The position numbers and the translations under genes were made by a program. A stretch of DNA of 24,071 nucleotides. It comes from Candidatus Nitrospinota bacterium M3_3B_026. Lineage in GTDB: Bacteria > Nitrospinota_A > UBA7883 > JBPRGF01. A model generated the notes under the pieces. That model was not told the DNA's origin. It searched no databases and was given only the letters and a program-made list of their open reading frames with translations. The stretch spans positions 1 through 24,071 of the forward strand of contig JBPRGF010000007.1 of the NCBI GenBank assembly GCA_051418015.1, in the 5' to 3' direction. Numbering within the stretch: the first letter of the stretch is position 1; the number at the start of each line of letters is the position of its first letter. Shown here in pieces: positions 19,263-24,071 of this stretch.

Positions 19263-20140
19263 CCGGCGTCCTCCGCGGATTTCAGAAGATATTCAACCGC
19301 CATCTCCAACTCCGAGACTCTCAGCCTGTCGCCGAAGTCCGCCGGCATCATGTCCGGGTCGAACCCTTCCACGACGACCGCGTTCGGATCCAGAATGGAT
19401 TGGCGTATGTAGTCCCGAAGCTTAAGGCCTCCCGGCGCGCCGTCTCTGTACTTGGCAAGCTCGGCGAGACTCGGCCCGACATCCGTCTCGTCCGGGTCCA
19501 TCCCTATGCCTGGAATGTAGTGGCACATGCGGCACTCGTACTTGGAGGCAAACTCCTCCATGCTCGCCACCGGCCCAGCCTCCTCCGGCTCATCTTCCTC
19601 CGCCGCGGACTCGATCTCCCCCGACGGAAGCTCGACGGTGATAGGCGCCCCGGCGGATTTCTGGAGATACGCGATAACGGCGTTGATCTCCACCTCCGAG
19701 AGGTTCATCGGCGCGGCGGAGACGTCCGGCATGGGACTCACGGTGTCGTTCGTCCCGGTCTTGCCGAAGCCGGCCACCACGAAAGCGGACGGTTTTATCA
19801 TGGACTCCCTCAAGTATTCTTCGCCGTTCTTCGCGTCCCCCTGGTAACGAGGATCATTGATCCTCTCCCCGGCCCTCGCCACCACCGGCGGGCCGTCGGC
19901 GCTGGCCTTCTCCAGGATCGGCGCCCGGTGGCCGACCTCGTTATGGCAGAGAGGGCAGTTGGCCTTGCCGTGGAATATCTTTTCGCCCAGCGTGGCGAAG
20001 GATTCCGGCGTCAGCCCCTCGAGCTTTATCTCCTCCTCCTCGGGCGGCTCGGAGCGCATCTGCGGGATGCTGTTGGAAAACCATGTGTAGCCGCCGATAA
20101 CGGCAAGGCTGAACGCTATGATCTGGGCTATCGTCTTCAT
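19259..20140 (-). CDS. Membrane-anchored diheme cytochrome c (module A)
   Basis: N-terminal TM; CPLCH and CRMCH; YLRESMIKPSAFVV and YIRQSILDPNAVVV repeats. Confidence 0.85.
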   Translation of the reverse strand: MKTIAQIIAFSLAVIGGYTWFSNSIPQMRSEPPEEEEIKLEGLTPESFATLGEKIFHGKANCPLCHNEVGHRAPILEKASADGPPVVARAGERINDPRYQGDAKNGEEYLRESMIKPSAFVVAGFGKTGTNDTVSPMPDVSAAPMNLSEVEINAVIAYLQKSAGAPITVELPSGEIESAAEEDEPEEAGPVASMEEFASKYECRMCHYIPGIGMDPDETDVGPSLAELAKYRDGAPGGLKLRDYIRQSILDPNAVVVEGFDPDMMPADFGDRLRVSELEMAVEYLLKSAEDAG

Positions 20141-21981
20141 CAGGCTCCACCCGCTTTCTTTTTCCTGCTGAGATTGTCAAGCCAGAAGATGAACATGACC
20201 AGCGCCATGAATATGATCGTGGTGGCGGAGACGATTTTCGCCGCGTACCCGAGCGTTGGCGTGTATGCCTGGCTGGAGTAGTCGCGGAACACCGTGTAGA
20301 CGTGCCAGTGCTGCCTGATGCCGGACCGCACGTACCCCATGAGGCCCATCAGCCAGGTGAAGGAGACCGCCAGCAGGAATAAAGCGTACTGCGACCACGG
20401 CGGCATCCTGCCCCAGCTCGCCTCGGCGGCCTCCGAGCCTTTATACATGACGGTGTTGACGGCCGACGCGATGACTATGACCGCCAGCGTGGTGAACACC
20501 TGCGGCACGGATAGCCCTATCCTGACGTTGGCGGGAATGAAGTATCCGTACACGCCGAGGATTATTATGTTGGCCGCGCCGGCTATGAAAAGCGCGGTGA
20601 TGGCGGCGTTCCCCTCCCTCGACCACGCCGCCGACGGGACCTTCCCGGCCCGCTGGTAGAGCATGAAGGCGAGGAACGTGGTGAGTATCATGATGTTCAC
20701 GGCGGTATTCTTGGCCGACATCACGCCGAACACCCCGAGGACTGGATGGTGCGCGCCGCCGAGGGCTTTTATCTCCGCGCCGGTCATCACTATGGTGTGA
20801 GGAGTGAACCAGACGAGAAAACACGCGATCAGCGCCACGGCCATGTATTTTATGGCGGCCTGGTACTTTTCCCCGCCCTTGACGCGACCCATGCCGATCC
20901 AGAGGTAATAGTTCGCTCCGAGGAATATAGCGCCGATAAGCAAAGCCTGTATGATGAAAAGCCATGCGAAAATGCCGCCCATGAGCGTGATCCCCATCTG
21001 CTGGCTGTAGGTGTATATCTCCTTGGTGAGCCAGTACCCGGCGAAGGGCAGAGGCAAAAGCCCCACCACGGCTATGAAGTTGGCCGTGTACCCCATCCAG
21101 TCGTAATGCGCCCTGGCCTCGGCCCTGGCGGAGGTGAGGAACCTGTAGGCAGCGTAAGCGCCCACCACGGAGCCGCCGTAGGCTATGTTCGCTATGAACC
21201 TGTGCAGGTTGACCGGGTTCCAGAGCGGCCCCTGAACGACGGCCCATATGTCGCCCATGTACGCCCCGTCGGGGGTAACGCCGGAGGGGGCCATCATGAA
21301 CGTGACCCATGAATTCGAAAGCACCATCAGGGTCATTCCCGCCACGTTCAGCAGAAGGCCGACGGTGAGGTGGACCCATTTCAGGAATACCCCGGACAGG
21401 GCGTCCCAGCCGTAATAGTAGATATACAGGCAAACGCTCTCCCCGAAGAAGAAGAGAGCGTAGACGAACATGATCGGCTTGAATATACCGAGGGAGTACA
21501 TGGTGAAGTCCGGATAAAGCATGATCAGCAGGAAGAGCAAGAGCCCTCCCAGCGTGGCGGTGAAGGAGAACGCCACCATACTTATTTTTATGAACTCCCT
21601 CGCCATGTTGTCGTATCGCGCGTCCTTAGTGAGAATCCCGATAAGCTCTATCACCAGGACGAATATGGGCACGCCCAAAACAAAGGCGGCGAAGAAAAGA
21701 TGCAGCTGCGAGACGATCCAGACGGCGACGCGGCTGTCCATCCCCCACAAGGAGGGGTACGAGTCCGCGGTGAGCTTCGGAGCGGGCGAGCCGGCGGCCA
21801 CGCTTTCATGGGCGGCTTGGCCCTCCGCCTGCGCGCCGGCGGCCGCAACGGCGCTTTCCGCGCTGGCGGCCGCGGCGTATAAAACGCAGGCGGAGACAGA
21901 GATGAGAATGAAAGCCAACCCGGAACGTGAAAAAGCAAACGCGTTCCACGGTTTGAAAGCGGAGTTTTCAGTCTGTCTCAT
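20140..21981 (-). CDS. Cytochrome bd-like oxidase subunit I homolog (CydA-like, module A)
   Basis: QLHLFFAAFVLG, FFGES..YYYGW, SNSWVTFMMAP, LHRFIAN, MGYVRSGIRQHW. Start set at ATG21981 (GGAGGGG upstream); 22020 is the alternative. Confidence 0.88.
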   Translation of the reverse strand: MRQTENSAFKPWNAFAFSRSGLAFILISVSACVLYAAAASAESAVAAAGAQAEGQAAHESVAAGSPAPKLTADSYPSLWGMDSRVAVWIVSQLHLFFAAFVLGVPIFVLVIELIGILTKDARYDNMAREFIKISMVAFSFTATLGGLLLFLLIMLYPDFTMYSLGIFKPIMFVYALFFFGESVCLYIYYYGWDALSGVFLKWVHLTVGLLLNVAGMTLMVLSNSWVTFMMAPSGVTPDGAYMGDIWAVVQGPLWNPVNLHRFIANIAYGGSVVGAYAAYRFLTSARAEARAHYDWMGYTANFIAVVGLLPLPFAGYWLTKEIYTYSQQMGITLMGGIFAWLFIIQALLIGAIFLGANYYLWIGMGRVKGGEKYQAAIKYMAVALIACFLVWFTPHTIVMTGAEIKALGGAHHPVLGVFGVMSAKNTAVNIMILTTFLAFMLYQRAGKVPSAAWSREGNAAITALFIAGAANIIILGVYGYFIPANVRIGLSVPQVFTTLAVIVIASAVNTVMYKGSEAAEASWGRMPPWSQYALFLLAVSFTWLMGLMGYVRSGIRQHWHVYTVFRDYSSQAYTPTLGYAAKIVSATTIIFMALVMFIFWLDNLSRKKKAGGA

Positions 21982-22086
21982 CGAGATTTGAATCCCCTCC
22001 AAAATCAGCGTCCCCCTCATCAGAGCCGCGTTAACCGATTGGACGCGCCTTCTCCGTGTTTATTCCCCGATTAATGAAAAAATCTC

Positions 22087-22197
22087 TCAGGGAACAAGCG
22101 GCAACCCCTGGGCCTTCATCAGCAGATAATCCACGAGAACCATCAGCGCCGAGAAACCAGCCAGGAACGCCGCGAAAAAAGCCATGCTTCTAGCCAT
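22087..22197 (-). CDS. Small single-TM protein (36 aa)
   Basis: MARSMAFFAAFLAGFSALMVLVDYLLMKAQGLPLVP; GGAGGGGG RBS upstream; directly ahead of the CydA-like gene. Confidence 0.65.
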   Translation of the reverse strand: MARSMAFFAAFLAGFSALMVLVDYLLMKAQGLPLVP

Positions 22198-22220
22198 TCT
22201 TTTTCTTCCCCCTCCAGCCT

Positions 22221-22304
22221 TCAAAAAAGAAGCCAGGAAAAATAGATCAAGGTCAAAACAAAAACCGCCATGAACAACACCGGTCCCGCCTTCTCGGAAA
22301 CCAT
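22221..22304 (-). CDS. Small single-TM protein (27 aa), below ORF-track cutoff
   Basis: Manual translation MVSEKAGPVLFMAVFVLTLIYFSWLLF*; GGGGGA RBS ~6 nt upstream. Confidence 0.55.
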   Translation of the reverse strand: MVSEKAGPVLFMAVFVLTLIYFSWLLF

Positions 22305-22394
22305 TACGTATCCCCCGTGTTTTTAAAAGCTCCCCCCTTCCCAAGCAAAAGGTATTCCGCTTTCCCAAGTCCGCGCCATTCAAAGCTCCCAGGC

Positions 22395-22411
22395 CGCATA
22401 CGGCGCGCCAA
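22395..22411 (-). promoter_or_regulatory. Candidate sigma-54 promoter for the bd-like/cytochrome operon
   Basis: Minus strand TTGGCGCGCCGTATGCG: GG-N10-GC spacing exact, ~90 nt upstream of the 27-aa ORF. Confidence 0.55.
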
Positions 22412-22625
22412 CTCCCGCCCTCTTGACACATCGGCCAAGGGCCAGCAAACCCGGCGATGCATGGGCTGTGTCATGGAAACCACTGGCCAGAAAGTGATCG
22501 GGGTGGTCATTTTCCTTACAACACGAGGGTGCCGCTTTCAGGCCGGCTTGGTCTTTCAGCGTCCACGGTGTTTGTTCCTTTGTCTTTATAGGCTTTCGCG
22601 TCATGGAGAAACGCGGCGGAGAGGG

Positions 22626-22642
22626 GGGGTACGATAATTGCT
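22626..22642 (+). promoter_or_regulatory. Candidate sigma-54 promoter for the second cupredoxin-like gene
   Basis: GGGGTACGATAATTGCT: GG(22628-29)-N10-GC(22640-41), with ACG and TTGCT conserved. Confidence 0.55.
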
Positions 22643-22709
22643 GATGAGCGGGGCAATTGGCTCTATGGCCTTAAACGTGGATTCTATGGATTTATAGGGA
22701 GAGGGTGTA

Positions 22710-23450
22710 ATGCGTAAATTCCGTTTTGCTGTTTTTTCGATAAGCGTCGCTTTGACGTTCAGTTCCCAGGCCGCCCTGGGCTACAAAGTGGCGGATGTCC
22801 CGGACGGTGGGACGCTGAAGGGAAAAATAACTTTCAGCGGGCAGGCGCCGGAGCCGCAGAAAATACCTATTGAGAAAAACCCTGAGGTGTGCGGCACGGG
22901 CGTCAGGGAAATACGGGAAGTGACGGTCAGTCCGGATGGAGGTCTTCAGCACGTCGTCGTCTATTTCGAGAAGATAAAGACGGGCAAGGAATGGCCCAAA
23001 GCAGAGAAGGGTTATCAGCTTAACCAGAAAACCTGCACTTTCAAGCCGTGGGTGCAGGTGATCCCGGACAAGAGCGAGCTGGAGGTGGTCAACCAGGACC
23101 CCATACTTCACAACATCCACACTTACGAGCTGATAGGCAACGTGCGCGTCACCATGTTCAACGAGGCGCAGCCGACGCAAGGGTACACGTTCAAAAAGAA
23201 CATAAGGATGAGGCGCGGCACGACCATGAAGGTGGAGTGCGACGCGCACAACTTCATGCACGCCTACACGAAGGTGTTGAAGAACCCTTACTACGCCATC
23301 ACCGCCGCCGACGGGTCCTTCTCGATAGACAAGGTACCCCCCGGCAAGTACAAGGTGGTCGTCTGGCACTCCACGCTCGGGGAGGTGAAAAAGGAAGTGA
23401 GCATAGAGCCGGGCAAGGCCGTGGAGATTGCGCACGAGTTCAAAAAGTGA
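22710..23450 (+). CDS. Periplasmic cupredoxin-like / carboxypeptidase-regulatory-like protein, paralog of 16272-16964
   Basis: Signal peptide; KNPEVCG, QKTCTFKPW, LHNIH, CDAHNFM, TAADGSFSIDKVPPGKYKVVVWH. Confidence 0.8.
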   Translation: MRKFRFAVFSISVALTFSSQAALGYKVADVPDGGTLKGKITFSGQAPEPQKIPIEKNPEVCGTGVREIREVTVSPDGGLQHVVVYFEKIKTGKEWPKAEKGYQLNQKTCTFKPWVQVIPDKSELEVVNQDPILHNIHTYELIGNVRVTMFNEAQPTQGYTFKKNIRMRRGTTMKVECDAHNFMHAYTKVLKNPYYAITAADGSFSIDKVPPGKYKVVVWHSTLGEVKKEVSIEPGKAVEIAHEFKK

Positions 23451-23468
23451 GGGGACGGCTGGTTACCT

Positions 23469-23503
23469 GGCGCCCGGCGGAGGGGGGTCTGCCGCCTGGC
23501 GCC
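23469..23503. terminator. GC-rich hairpin between convergent genes, possible terminator
   Basis: GGCGCCCGGCGG (23469-80) pairs with CCGCCTGGCGCC (23492-503), 11/12; no strong U-tract. Confidence 0.4.
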
Positions 23504-23520
23504 GGGGGCCCGCCTGTCTT

Positions 23521-23634
23521 TCACGTCATGGCGTACCACAGTATCAACGCCACGACGGCGAGGTTTATGGCCACACCGACGTGAAACCAGTAGTCCATCA
23601 ACGTCCAGCCTTTCTTTTCCTTCTCATCGTTCAT
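23521..23634 (-). CDS. Small single-TM protein (37 aa), below ORF-track cutoff
   Basis: MNDEKEKKGWTLMDYWFHVGVAINLAVVALILWYAMT*; GAAAGGG upstream; GC3-rich codons. Confidence 0.6.
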   Translation of the reverse strand: MNDEKEKKGWTLMDYWFHVGVAINLAVVALILWYAMT

Positions 23635-23696
23635 GATCTTGCCCTTTCAGGTTAATCTTCCTATCCTGTAATCTGACATCAACTATCGCACGGCGA

Positions 23697-24071
23697 ATGA
23701 AAGCAGAAGATAAAATCGAGCAAACACCGGGCCAGCCCCCTGCCCCGCCGAGGCTGTTGAAAATTTTCCTGGCCATAAACCTGGCCGCGCTCATCGGCTT
23801 TTTCATCTGGGAGATGGGCGGACCCGCCATCCGGGGCGGAGAGGAGGCGGAGAAGGCCGAGGAGCGCAAGAGGGAGGCGGTCCTCGAGCGCCTCGCGGAG
23901 AACCCTCCCCCCAGCGACCTTTCGGGGGGGCTCAGCGGCAGGATACGCTACACCATCGACGCCACCAAGCCGGGCCGGTGGGCGCATTTCAGCTTTTCGA
24001 GGATGGAGGTATTTTACCGGGACGAGGTCGCCAGGGATTCCCTCGACTGGGACATAGCCTTCCGCAGGGCC
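23697..24071 (+). CDS. HmuY-like heme-binding protein with N-terminal TM anchor (truncated at the window end)
   Basis: Open frame from ATG23697 to the edge: TM (IFLAINLAALIGFFIW) then YTIDATKPGRWAHFSF...LDWDIAFRR, matching the HmuY-family N-terminal pattern as I recall it. Confidence 0.7.
   Translation, partial: MKAEDKIEQTPGQPPAPPRLLKIFLAINLAALIGFFIWEMGGPAIRGGEEAEKAEERKREAVLERLAENPPPSDLSGGLSGRIRYTIDATKPGRWAHFSFSRMEVFYRDEVARDSLDWDIAFRRA

Noticed and set aside
14089..21981. Assigning gene symbols cydA/cydB, nxrC or norB
   Set aside because: Canonical motifs are altered, there is no cydB or heme-copper oxidase signature, and orthology cannot be shown by eye.
1..24071. CRISPR array, tRNA/rRNA, transposase, prophage or defence genes
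   Set aside because: No regularly spaced repeats or relevant motifs seen.

Overview
GC-rich bacterial window devoted to respiration and metal-cofactor supply. Left to right: a partial membrane-protein gene and a nested inverted-repeat (MITE/REP-like) element; a Cache/HAMP histidine kinase plus sigma-54 (NtrC-type) response regulator; an outer-membrane porin; moaD-moaE (minus) divergent from tatA-moaA-modABC. These converge on a ~12 kb minus-strand operon made of two paralogous four-gene modules, each [CydA-like 'bd-like' subunit, diheme cytochrome c, membrane monoheme cytochrome c, diheme cytochrome c fused to an EbdC/NxrC-like domain], separated by a cupredoxin-like gene and led by two unannotated small membrane-peptide ORFs. 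There is no cydB. A second cupredoxin-like paralog, a third small membrane ORF and a truncated HmuY-like gene end the window. Several sigma-54 -24/-12 motifs precede the transcription units. The cluster resembles the bd-like (OR-N type) clusters of Nitrospirota/Nitrospinota/anammox bacteria; that lineage assignment is inference only. The best candidate for an uncharacterised system is a cydB-less, cytochrome-c/copper-wired CydA-CydA' complex co-located with Mo/Moco/Tat functions, probably serving a periplasmic molybdoenzyme encoded outside the window. All family assignments are by eye from motifs; no searches were run.
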